Positions 47,301-58,980 of a stretch of DNA of 64,000 nt are shown here, one piece after another; within the stretch, counting starts at the first letter, position 1; each line of letters opens with the position of its first letter. The stretch spans positions 736,973 to 800,972 of the forward strand of contig BDGG01000012.1 of the NCBI GenBank assembly GCA_001949185.1, written 5' to 3'. The stretch is from Ramazzottius varieornatus (taxonomy: Eukaryota > Animalia > Tardigrada). A program made the translations under genes and the position numbers. The notes beneath the pieces are model-generated. The model saw nothing but the letters and a program-made list of their open reading frames with translations. It was not told the origin of the DNA and ran no database searches.

Positions 47301-49611
47301 ATGGAGCACAACCAAGTTTACATAAGAATGCTTTGCATGATTTATAATATTTTCCCCATTTTTCGTTGAATCCACCCAGATTGCTATCCCAACCGGCACA
47401 CTCTTTTTTTTGCTGATGTCACCGAATGAGTGCTTCACTTGGCATAATTATCTGCGTGAAATTATTGGCCGACGGGTAGCGACGACCTAAATGAGAAACT
47501 ACCGGTTCAGTTGTCTAGCTTGGCTGTCTGGCTGTTATTTTCCTATGTGATTTTATTGTTTTTGCAGGGAGGCCAAAGGAAGCTCATTCTTCAGCGAGCT
47601 GAAAGATAAACACGTAAACGCTCAGCAGCTGTTGATTTACGCACCTCAATGTATTCCCCATCACGACCGTGTCAAGCTCTTCCGTCAATGGATCAAGGAG
47701 GATCGCGCTGTCATGCAAGAAACGGCAGCAAAGTCTCCCATTCTCATCACGGTCCAACGGAGGAGAATAGTAGAGGACGGATACCAGTACATTTCGCGGT
47801 TGACGCCGGAAGAACTCAAAGGCACTGTTCGCGTTCGATTTGTCAACGCGGAAGGTAAGCGACTTGGTCGTATTGATTATTCCGAAAGTTTCTCGCTCCG
47901 CTGTGATGACAGTTACTGCTTCGGACGAGTATCAACATGTTTTTGTATGCTTCATATAGGAGTACAAGAAGCCGGTATTGATCAAGATGGGGTGTTCAAA
48001 GAGTTTCTGGAAGAAACACTCAAGTCCGTCTTTGATCCTAATCTTCAGCTCTTCAAAGCCACAGCTGACAATCGACTGTATCCCTCTCCCAACTCCTCCA
48101 TGCAAGACAATCATATCCAGCTGTTCAACTTTGTGGGTCGAGTACTGGGCAAGGCATTGTAAGTCCAGACCAAAACACATATATAATATGGAAATCGGGG
48201 AAAGAAAGGTCTCTCTGCGTTTATAGGTATGAAGGAATCGTGGTTGATGTACCGCTAGCCAACTTCTTCCTGTCACAAGTTCTGGGCTTCCATACTACCG
48301 GTTCCGCATACAGCTACTTTGATGAACTGCCATCATTCGATTTAGACCTGTATAAGCAGTTGTCTAACTTGAAACGATACCCTGGGGATGTGGCGGACTT
48401 CTCGCTGACGTTCGCAAGCGACTCGGAATGCTTTGGACAAGTCACGGAAAATGACCTGGTTCCCGGTGGACGGTACATGGAAGTCACTGAAGAAAACAAG
48501 ATTCTCTACATCCATTTAATGGTAATCTGCAGAAAAACAACATAGAAATTCAGTCGTTCAGGTGGGAGGTCGGCGTTCACGTGCCTGCATACACGAAGTG
48601 TTGTTGTCACTACGATGCACACGTATGCCGGCATGAGCATTCTCGCTGGCCGGTCTCCCTTCAGTATTTGTTTGCTAGGGAGTTTCCCGCTATAAGGTTT
48701 TATGCGCGCTCAGCGGAGTTACGATCGGCTTAACCTACAGAGCGATAAACTCATAATCCAATTTCTCTTCTGCTTGCAGGCGCATTGGCGAATGCATGGC
48801 CAGATTAAGCAGCAAATCAACGCCTTCATCCAGGGTTTCTACACTGTTGTGAAACATGAATGGGTCAGCATGTTCTCCAGTCCGGAGTTGCAAAAGCTTA
48901 TCTCAGGATCGGAGAAAATCGATCTCCATGATTTACGCAAAGTAGGTCACTGCTGATTTTCCACCGACTTTGTCAACTAATTAGTGTATCAAATTGACAA
49001 TTGATGGTGTTGCCTCATTCAATATGACGCTAATGACCATGTAACGACCACTGCAGAATACGCATTACTACGGCGGCTTCCACAGTGGTCATCGTGTCAT
49101 CGGCTGGTTGTGGGATGTGCTGGAGAATGACTTCAACGAGGAAGAAAAAGGGTTGTTCCTGAAATTTGTGACAAGGTACGATACAAAGACCCATAGTCCG
49201 TATACATCTATGAAAATCTAATCCGCTAAACAGCAGAATCGCGGTTCCTTTGTAGCTGCTCCAAAGCTCCGGTTCTCGGCTTCCAGTATCTGGAACCGCC
49301 ATTCTCTATACGGTTGGTCGAAGTGGGCGAAGATCAGGTATGCAAATGGTCGGATATTAACGAGAAGTTCATTCGCTTTTCTGCTAAAGACTTATTTGTG
49401 GTGTTGGTTTCAGGATTCGGGTGATACGCTGGGAAGCGTAATTCGTGGGTTCTTCACCGTGGGGAACAAGAAGGCCGCTTCCGTAGGTCGCCTTCCTACT
49501 GCTTCAACGTGTTTCAACCTACTGAAACTTCCGAGCTATCCGAAGAAGTCCGTCTTACGTGAGAAACTAAAGTACGCCATAAAATCAAACTCCGGATTTG
49601 AGCTTTCATAA
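44385..49611 (+). CDS. UBE3B: HECT E3 ubiquitin ligase UBE3B (N-terminal IQ motif)
   Basis: AAILIQSFVRR IQ motif; KWHPILGW; [13 protein letters not shown]; [40 protein letters not shown]. Confidence 0.93.
46597..46651. repeat. Partial intronic palindrome family copy, UBE3B intron
   Basis: CAGCCAGTACCAAGAGAAACGTGCGCCACTTGA (spacer and right core only). Confidence 0.55.
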
Positions 49612-49861
49612 AGAGCCATTTTACTGTTTTATTTCGACATGTTACTAGGACCGATTTTTCTGCTATAACAGTGATACGCACAGTCTTTCTTTGTAACGAA
49701 GTTTATAATGTGCAAATACCGTATATTCATAGAAAAGAAATAAAAACAAACAACAGCGATAAAAGGTAAAACTGAGAACAAAATAATCGATGGTTGATCT
49801 TATTGTACTGTAAGATCGTGACAAAACAGAGTCGACGTTACGCTACTAACACCCCATTTCC

Positions 49862-51658
49862 TCACCAAGTGCTGCCTTGATTAGCCGCATACGATCGTTT
49901 CATACGACGAGTATTTCGATCTTGGTCACGTAGTTTCTTCTCGATTTCCGCATCAGAAAGTACTTCGATATGCGGTGAGAAGGCTTCGCAGTCGTAAGTG
50001 CGGAATGGGCTTTCATTTACCGGCAGTGTGGCATCGCTGTATACGGACTGATGCCAAGTGAGTTGCGCGCGAATAGAGTAGGCTATGGCAGTCTCGAACT
50101 CCCCACCAAGCCCAAGGTCGGAACACATCCGCAGAGCGAACTGCTCCGGGCTGTTGTTGGGTTCAGCCATGTCCCATTCGAACTGATCGTTCAGAGAGAT
50201 GTTTCCCACATGTATATTCAGCTACAGGAAAAAAGTATTACACACTTAGACTACCACTTTAACACCGAAACGGCTCTTCCCCGAAAGTACCTTTATGACG
50301 ACACGCTGATCCGTTTGATTGCTCAGCAGGTTGTCAGTCGGAAAGCTATCCACCTGTTGACGAATGCTTTGTGCGATGGTTGGAACGAACTGGACCATGG
50401 GTAACTCGAGATCTTCGCACAGCAGCTCGGCGAACTGTTCCGGAGTAATAAGGATTTCTAGAGCAAAAAGGATCAGCTACTGACCACGAAGCTCCACTGC
50501 TCCTCGAGTGACACGAACGTGAAGAGGATACTTACCATTCTTGTTCCAGGTGAAGGTATCTCGTAGTTTGTAGTTGTCTATTTCCATATCTAGACAAACA
50601 CAGAACATAGTATTCGGTTCTAGCATAAATTTGCCACGCCAAACGATGGACTGACTTGGGGGCGGGGAACTCACCAAGTCGGATAGGAACAAGAACTTCG
50701 GGTAGACTCGCTTGTTTCGCTACCATCTGAGGTGGTTTATCGTCAAAGCTGTAAAGTCCAAAACGAACGTCGTCATCACAATATGTGACTGCTAGTCTTA
50801 TGCTCACGGAAATGTCGAGTTACCAGAAAGGATGATGACGTCCAGCTTGGGCTGTTCGGCGACCTCGACCGATAGGAGTGGAGCTCGGAACAGCGTCCAG
50901 ATGGTGCGAAGTAGCTGGCTGCGGGGCCCAGTTTGCACCCCGTCTTGGCTTCGCTTCCCTGAAATACGTAGTTCGCTGGCCATAGTACGTAGAGCTGATT
51001 TACGACAGCACTTTATAAACGGAAACATACCTCGGCGTCTGGGAACTGTCAAGATCAGCAGATACGAGTCGGTACTTTTCTTCGTATCCCGCTAGTATTT
51101 CATCCACCTCTTTTGCCTTAACAAGGATGGTGTTACTGGACACGGAATGGGAGTCGACACCTGCTTCAACGACAAGCTGGTAAGTTGGAGTACCGTATAA
51201 TTATAGGACAAACACACGCCTTGGACAACAAGCGTGCCTGTCGATTTCACTCAATACCTTTCATCGTAGCCAACTTGCGTCGCTCTTCAGGAGTGGTCTG
51301 TCTCTTCCACAGAGCAGGATACTTGCGGTAGAGCTGTCCGCGAAACATCCGAAGGTAAGCTCCGATCTAGAACGAGCATATATGCGTGAGCATTTCATTA
51401 GAAATGTGAGCCAGTAATGCACGCAGCTTTTACATTAGACCCAATGTAATATTCCTCCGTATCATTCTCATCCAGCTTGAATGAAACAGGTCTGCTCCCA
51501 AAGGTGCTCACGACTGGCTTTTGCATCTTGTCGTCTGCGTCAGTATCCATGTCGGGATATAGCCGTCCAGGTCTGGGCGTCGTGTCCGCTGCAGCGGAAT
51601 CTTGGCTAGATTCCCCCATGGCATCGTCAGCATCCGAACGATCTCGCGTTCCTGTCAT
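49862..51658 (-). CDS. SMARCB1: SWI/SNF subunit SNF5/SMARCB1
   Basis: [14 protein letters not shown] winged helix; [23 protein letters not shown]; [21 protein letters not shown]; [16 protein letters not shown]. Confidence 0.96.
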
Positions 51659-51877
51659 TGTGTCAGATTCAGACCTAGAAAATACGCTGGACAATACAAG
51701 ATTAGAACTGAGGCTTCCAAACGCTCAGCAAACAATGGCCTGCAAGAGCGATGAAGTAAAATGACAACAATAGCGTCCATTGTGATCAATGTGCATAGTA
51801 CTGCCGTACTGCGATAGAACCGTCAAGCGCGTCAAATCAAGAAACAAGTAAAGCGTGGTTATAGCAGACAATTTGCG

Positions 51878-52071
51878 ATTTTAGATTTAGCTTGTCACGC
51901 TAAATCTTGTTATGGCAAAGTGTGTCACGGTCAGTGCCCGTAGGCGGGGTCGACCAACCGCTCAATAGCTTCACAAGCGTGGTTGGTGGAAATCGGCGTG
52001 TGCAGCCAGTTAAACTTTAGCGTAACATGTTCTGCCATGACAAGATTTAGCGTGATAAGCTAAAGTAAAAT
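51878..52071. repeat. Long imperfect inverted repeat (MITE-like) between the divergent SMARCB1 and RalGPS genes
   Basis: TTTAGCTTGTCACGCTAAATCTTGTTATGGCA pairs with TGCCATGACAAGATTTAGCGTGATAAGCTAAA; inner CCAACCGCT/AGCGTGGTTGG stem. Confidence 0.8.
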
Positions 52072-52288
52072 AGTCTATTATCGTGCAGAACCGTCTGGTG
52101 TCTACTGAAGAATGGCAATTTCGCGACTGAACCTCGAGTGTTGTAATTAGCGAAATGTATTCTCCTTTTTTTAAGCCCCTTTTTTACTTCTTTGATGCAG
52201 ATGCCAGTCACTTTGAAACACTATGGCTTGGATTATTGTCGAATGCAGGTGCTCAGCGGTTGTTTGGAACATAGCCATCTGATGCAAC

Positions 52289-54222
52289 ATGTCTGTTTCA
52301 GGTGCGACGTCGCCCAGGAAGAAAGCAGCGTCCTGTCTGGCGCTTTCACCCCCTAAGAGCTACTCCACTATGCCCAAGCAAAGACATCATCGTTCTCCAT
52401 CAAAACGCAAGCGACTGTTTCATATAGAAGGAGATGTGGCTAGCGAAGGAAGTGGGCTGGAGTCACTGGAGACTGTGGAGGATATCTGTGTTACACAATG
52501 GAAAGTGGACGACTTGGCCTCGCAGGTATTACGGTATATACGGGTTAATTGGATTGCTGCAACTCCTGCGAACATGCTGTACGGTACATACAGTACTCGC
52601 GATCATTTCTTACTCACCGTCTGCTTTCAGTTGACCCTCATCAGCGGCGCATTGTTTCGGGACCTGTTACCGCTGGACTTGGCTTCCTTGAATTGGTATA
52701 ACCCAAAGATGCGGATCAGTCCCGATTCCCAGCGCGTTAACGCGATTACGAGCAGGTTCAACTATGATGGACAATGGACAATATCGGAGATCTTGAAACA
52801 AGAGGTATGCTTAGTGTGTCCTGCATTCTGTTTTTGTGCGTAGGATGACGTGAAACCGCGCTCCTACAGTAGTGTAGACTATAGACCTCACTTTTGTTGT
52901 TCCAGACACCTCGACAGAGAGCATATGTTCTGTCGCACTTCCTGCGGTTAGCCGAGCGACTGTGAGTGTTACGTAAAAAGTGTGCTGGTGTATTTTCTGT
53001 TTAGCCACATCAGCGATTAGGATGTAATCAGCTTTGGAACTTTACCATTGGCTTCTTGACAGGTTTCAGCTGAATAACTTCCACTCCAGCTACGCCGTGT
53101 TCTCCGCGTTGCTCAGCTCTCCGATATCGCGACTGGAGCAAACCGAATCCCATCTCACGAAAAGAGATAGGGAGATTCGGGACCAGTTGTCGGCAGTATT
53201 CTGCTCCGATAACAACTGGAAGTCCTTCAGGGAATATCAAGAGAAAGCGGGATACCCACGGTTACCACATATAGGTTCGTCGCCGTCATGGTGTTCTGTT
53301 AGATCAGCAGAATAAATGCTGACCGATTGTCACCTGTGTAGGTTTCTATAAGACAGATCTGATCCACGCGTACCATGCTTGTACAAATGTCAACGAAAGG
53401 CATCGTCGTCTCAAAGCAATCGAAACTCGCGTGTTTGAGTTGTACAGTCGATCCAACTACGGCTTCTTGGAGGACATACCAGTCATTCAAACCTACCTCA
53501 AGAGCTTTCGCTACATGGAAGAACTCCAAAAGTTTGTGGACGACAGCAACACGAAAATCTCAAAATTACTCGAACCAGATCCGACTGAAAGCAGCTCCAA
53601 AGCGACTCCGCATGAACAGCCCAAGATAACGGTTAGCTCGAAAGCGAGACCGTCTAAGACGAATCTCATCGATGACAGTAACATCGAGGTAAGATCCAGT
53701 GAACTGATGTGGAGCTTGGCTCGGTTGAATCGAGTTTGTTTTCTGCAGGAACTTTTGGCGGACGATGCTTTTCTGCTAACTTCTGGTCAGTCGTTGAACC
53801 GGAAGAACATAGGGAACCTTTCTCTTCCCAGCAACATGGCCGTACTACAACGGCACTACGACTGGCAAGGAATATTAGAAAGGAAGAACGTCGTTAAGAA
53901 CGGGCGTTTTTCCTTCGTTCCTCGCTGGAAGCCTGTGTGGGCCGCCGTATGGAGCTCAAACTTTTTCGTATTCAAACCCAAAAGTCCCTTTCGTACGTCG
54001 GAGCGATCTCACTTTGATGGTACGCCATGCGCGGTGTACACGCTCACAGAGTGGAAGATGGAGGCGGTCGGCGATGACCGGCTGGAACTACGCCTCTCCT
54101 CTCCTGATCATGCATTTATCATGAAACTCAAAGCTCACACAGTGACGGAATTTCGTGAGTGGATAAAGTATTTGAAGGCAGCTGTGGGCGGTTCCTCAAA
54201 CTTGATCAAATTTGATATGTAA
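52289..54222 (+). CDS. RalGPS-type Ras-family GEF (CDC25 domain plus C-terminal PH domain)
   Basis: LNNFHSSYAVFSALLSSPISRL; SFRYMEELQKFVDD (RalGPS signature); PH domain GILERKNVVKNGR..WK..W. Confidence 0.88.
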
Positions 54223-54623
54223 TCTCTCACTTCTTGGCCGGTGCATCATCATCTTGCCTATCATTGCCGGTAGTAGCTAACTATTTTTCTAGTTTATATT
54301 CACCTTTTAGTATTGAATACTGAATCTGCGTCCTTTTGGGTAGCCGTTTTGATACGAGTTCAGCCACTTCCTGTTTTCGGGTCCGGAAGATACTTCCATG
54401 CAACTTTTCTTCTTGTCGCAGACGGGCGTTTTCGCTCTCCTTTTACTGGCTGTTTAACCTGCTGGCAGGTCTGTTCTTTTTGCAGTATTGTATTTCGTCA
54501 AAGTATTTTGCTTGTGTAAATAACTGTCTACTCTGCCACGTCTTATATATCTGTCAGTGTAAACCATCCAAAATAAAAACAATATAATTTTCTCAAAAAC
54601 GGAGAAGTACTCGTATGATCTTT

Positions 54624-56013
54624 TCACGTCGTACGGTTCTCAGTCATGGTGAAGGCCCCTGGACCCGCCTCCCTTCCACCCATCGAGGTTTGCTGCGTAC
54701 GTTGAATTTCCTCTCTTCCGCCCATGGATGTCTGATTAGAACGCCGAGTATGCTCCCTTCCTCCCATGGAAGTTTGTTTCTCGTATCGCATGTTGGCCTC
54801 ATGCGATGGCCCACGGGTGGAAGTTTGTTGGTGGTTCCACTGAAGCTCCTCCTGTCCGCCCATGGAAGTCTGGTGATGGGTACGCTCGGTTTCTTCCTTT
54901 CCGCCCATAGAGGTTTTTCCTACGCGTTGGCTTTCCCGATAAAAGTCTCCAGTCGAAGCATAAACAGACCGCACTGGAGCTTCGAACACGGACGTGTTGG
55001 TGTATCCCGACCTTTGCATTTCTTGTTCAAAGTCTGCTGTCGAGATCTCTTTCGACTGAGTGGGTCTCATGAGCCCTCCTATCGATGTGTTGGCCGACTG
55101 TTTCGTCTGCTCCCTGTAGTCCGATGTGGATGTGAAGCCTGATTGTCCTCTCTGGGTTCTGATGTCTGATGGCCCGAGGACTTTCGGTCTGTTAGGGTTA
55201 TTCTTCAGTAGGAAGTTGGAGAGGTAAGTCACAGGCTCTGCTGGTTTCACTACACACATGTCGTAAAAAGCATCCAGCAAAGTCGGCAACATCCGGGTTC
55301 TGAAATATTCATCGATCAAGATTCCTTCCTCCGCAATATTACCAGTGGGCCCGTGTAGAAGGTCGCTGTAACGGGGGAAGAAATGCTGGATAAACTTTGT
55401 CGCTTTCTCCGGCGTATCTGCAAGCAACTGTTTCCAGTGAAAAGTTTTCGACCCAAAAGAAGCGGAAAAGCTTTTACGTGTGCGTGCTGTACTATGGGAT
55501 GTCGGCCAACGAGCTCACCCAGATGCTTCTCTCAAGTGGCGCGCGCTCTCGAAGAATAAAAATGCAACTTTGCGCCACTCAAAATCACGATATGGGTAAA
55601 ATCATTTGCCGACGTCGCATGTAGTGTAATTAACTCGTCACCATACCTGCAAGCGAGATCGCGTTGAAGGATCCCTGTTCACCATAAAGTGCCCGCAAAG
55701 ACCTCGGCTGCGCAGTTCTGGCCTGGACTGGGTCTTCCGGACCTGCCATATCCCGGAGGACTTGGAAAGCGTCATTGTGGTTCAATAAAAATACAATCGC
55801 TGTTCCCAGCAAAGAGTGGACCGCAGCCTCTGTTTGGGCGTTGGCGATGTTCGTAAGTCCACTCTGATCCTTGCAGATAAACCATGCTTCGTCAACGTTA
55901 ACATCCACAACGCGTTCTCCGATTAGTCGAAAACCAGCGTTCTTGAATCGTTGAAGCAAAGCAAGCCGGTGTTGTACCGCATGGGGTTTCACGATGACCA
56001 CCACGTGCTGCAT
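54624..56013 (-). CDS. NME5/NDK5-like protein (NDK fold plus Dpy-30 motif) with a repeat-rich tail; exons 56013-55647 and 55417-54624
   Basis: IVKPHAV..GF..GPEDPVQAR..PRSLRALYG..NA; Dpy-30 motif LPTLLDAFYDMCVVKPAEPVTYLSNFLLKNNPNRPK. Confidence 0.85.
54660..54920 (-). repeat. Coding tandem repeat, ~6 units of 14-17 codons (QTSMGGxEE)
   Basis: TSMGGKEE, TSMGGQEE, TSTRG, TSMGGREH, TSMGGREE, TSMGGREA. Confidence 0.85.
55496..55618. repeat. Intronic palindrome family copy, NME5-like gene intron
   Basis: GGGATGTCGGCCAACGA..CAAGTGGCGCG..TGCGCCACTC..AATCATTTGCCGACGTCGC. Confidence 0.85.
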
Positions 56014-56459
56014 GTTTGCTCTCCACAACACCACTCAAAGCACTGAACAAGTGTTTAAGGTTAACTACCATCAGTGCCTATCTGCGACTGCGACCAAGAC
56101 TAAAAGCAATTTAGGCTGAAACCGATTCCTTGCTCGACCTGCGCGTCTTACCTTCAACTTCCGCATCTGAGATTTGTTGTCACAAGCTCCTCGCAGCACG
56201 TACAACCGCGGTTACGCTTCCGTTGAGAAGTAATCGGGCTTGTAGAGTAGCAACTAGAACTTCGCAATGGAGTATACGGACTTGTCTCAGAAGTTACTGC
56301 GGTAAATCTGCACGCGAAGATCCATCTCTTAGAGTCCCATTAGCCTGCGGAACGAGGCAAAAATAATCATGACAGGAGAAAGAGCGACGGGGTTTTCAGG
56401 TGAGTGTGATTTACAAACCTCAAGAAACTGTGTAGTAAATTGTACTGCAACTTCGACAA

Positions 56460-56688
56460 GATCGTTATAGCCACTGCACACGCACGAAGGGAAAGTCTGG
56501 AGCAGTAAAAAGTTTGGGTGAGACGGAAAAGACGGCAAACTCGGAATTCAACATAAAAAACCGCCAAAAAGTGCACTTGTGTGAACTGCACTTACGTACG
56601 TACTTTCGTTCTGCTTCGGAATCGCCTGATCAAAACTTTTTACTGCTCCAAACTATCCCTTCGTGCGTGTACTGAGTATGTAACGATC
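56460..56688. repeat. MITE-like inverted repeat with ~65-bp arms
   Basis: ACACGCACGAAGGGAAAGTCTGGAGCAGTAAAAAGTTT pairs with AAACTTTTTACTGCTCCAAACTATCCCTTCGTGCGTGT. Confidence 0.8.
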
Positions 56689-56880
56689 CAATCGACAGAC
56701 TGAGAACTGAGAAGTGAGAGATGCAAAATCGTTGCATAATACGTTAAGAACAACATGATAAAACCTTGAGAACTGGCAAAAGAAGCAAAAGTCTATTTAT
56801 TCGTAATCCGTTTTAATACATGATTCGTAAGCGCACAAACAAATTATCATACTGACCGGTCAGATCGATCAGTCATCAGT

Positions 56881-58271
56881 TTAGGCTGCGGTTTTCCCAG
56901 CAGTCAGAAGATCGTCCGCCTTCTCCCCAATCGCGAACTTGCTGATCTTCGTGTTGTCGCCATCCCGACAATCGGGACAGAACCATTTGCCCCTCGGTTT
57001 CGCTTTCAAGCCCACACAGGTAAAGTGGAACCATTCAATCTTGCATCCATCATAGTCACAGCCCACCATGTGACCATAGGAGATACCTCGACAAGTGCAG
57101 TACCGATCTTCATCCGGAATACTGTCTTTATCACTATCACTGCTAGAGTTCTTCTTCACCCGCTTATCATACGGAGCACCCGACGACTCGGATTCTGTGA
57201 AACTTTCGTCGGAATGAGCACGCTGAGGTTTCTTCGAGGGACGCATGGAAGGCCGAGAGATCCGTTTCTTCTTGGCGGGAGATGTCGGTATTTTCTTTTC
57301 TTTGAGGTCAACTCCACGAACATCCTTCTCCTTCTTTTCACTTTTTCTGCCGGTGAGTGGACCACTGGACTTGACTTTCTTGTCCGGTCGGCTACGTTCG
57401 GGTGTTACCGAGCGCGTGGTCTCATTCGAGCTCTTGTCTTGCTTTCGGACATCACTGTGCGGCCTCTTCCTGACTGCACCTTGCACTGGAGGTCGTTTGG
57501 GGAGAAGTGACGGACGAGGTTGGCTGGAAGACGTTGGCTGTACCGGAAAGGACAGACTGGAAATCAACTTGCGACTTGCTTTGTTGCGCACATCATTCTG
57601 CAAGATACGGTTTTCTAAGCCAACTCAACCAACAAACTTCTCTCCCCAAGTAGCGCACTTTTCCGGTATTTTTAGCCGAAGCGTGCGCCATTGTAAAGAA
57701 CGATCTCGAGAAGCCCATTAATTTTGTCGGGTTTCCAAACAAGAAATCCTTTTTTTCAGAACCAACTTTACAATCTGCTCGAACCTTATTAATATAAGTT
57801 AATAGTACTGTTTGCTCTACTTTAGAGACTTCGTCCTGAAGGGCATACCTTTGTCTTGGTGTGGCTAGTGGTATCGTTTCTCTTCTGCTTCGACCTGAAG
57901 AACGGTTCAGCCCTCTTCCAGTGACTTTCCGTTTCTGCCACCGTTGTGCTTATCTGATCCTCCAGTTCGTTCCACTTCTGTGTCGCTCGAATCTGCGCTG
58001 TACACATCTCGTCGAACAGCGCGTTAAGGGAAGCGACCAGCTGATCCTTCGCAGCTCCATTCTGCTCTGCGCTTAGATGTTCCAGAACACCGTCGATCTT
58101 GACTTGACACTGTCGGATGTAGGCATCCAGCTCAAACGAGACCGTCAACCCTTTCTGAACCGTTCTGGAGACTTCACCTTGTACTCCAAGGAAGGATGTG
58201 ACGAACGTCTCCGCAAGTGTGTCGCGACTGCTTCCACCATAGTCTTGATCGTATCCCACCGACCCAGCCAT
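56881..58271 (-). CDS. Inhibitor of growth (ING) family PHD-finger protein, 2 exons
   Basis: [45 protein letters not shown]; helical N-terminal exon. The start could be the ATG at 58331. Confidence 0.9.
57615..57735. repeat. Degenerate intronic palindrome family copy, ING intron
   Basis: CCCCAAGTAGCGCAC..CGTGCGCCATTG..AACGATCT. Confidence 0.65.
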
Positions 58272-58449
58272 ACGGACAGTTGCTTCCGGCGGTCCTCTTG
58301 GTAACTTCTTCACCTTGGCTAAAGAGAGCATACGCTTCAGGCCACCTATGACGAACAGTACATCCAAAACTCTGGGTAAACGAGCGGAAAATGTCCGACT
58401 GGAGATCGCGGAAGAAATATTTGTTTCAATTTTTCTATTTGTGCGCAGT

Positions 58450-58617
58450 TTGCGAAGTGATCCGCACTTGCACAATCCAGGACGCACAGGAACATCGTGA
58501 CGTCATTTGAACAAGTTCTTCCCGTAGGCACTGTGTTAGAAGAGTCGCACAATATTTACTTATGACGACACATGTTCCTGTGCGTGCTGGATTGTGCTAG
58601 TGCGCTTGCGTTCGCAA
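58450..58617. repeat. Inverted repeat with ~55-bp arms between the divergent ING and PSMD1 genes
   Basis: CGCACTTGCACAATCCAGGACGCACAGGAACAT pairs with ATGTTCCTGTGCGTGCTGGATTGTGCTAGTGCG. Confidence 0.8.
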
Positions 58618-58980
58618 TCTCTTTAGTGGCTCGGCTTAAAGTTGCCTGGTTTTTACTGTCAGGGAACTAAAGTAACCAAAATACGTCCTTTTTTCGTGCG
58701 GTAGTGCAGCTACCAGTGCGGCGCTTGATGAATAGAAACCAAGTACGTGTACTGTACAAAATTAACAGAGCACATCTTTTGAAGATGACGTGCAGTTTTC
58801 GTACGGTTGTCCCTCTGGACCACCTTTTCCTTGACCACCTTTTCTGCACCTCGGCCCTGAGAAAACAGTCTCCCCTTACCACGTGCAGGAGTTGAGGATT
58901 GGTGCTCCAATTTCCGTATGAGGGGTTAGAGGATACGCGATCGTCTCATCTTGATCTTCTGTTCCAGATAAAGCCTCAGG

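Noticed and set aside
48570-48640. Short hairpin in a UBE3B intron (and weak fold-backs at 45795-46105 and 15525-15630)
   Set aside because: The arms are too short or degenerate to call by eye; they need einverted or RNAfold statistics.
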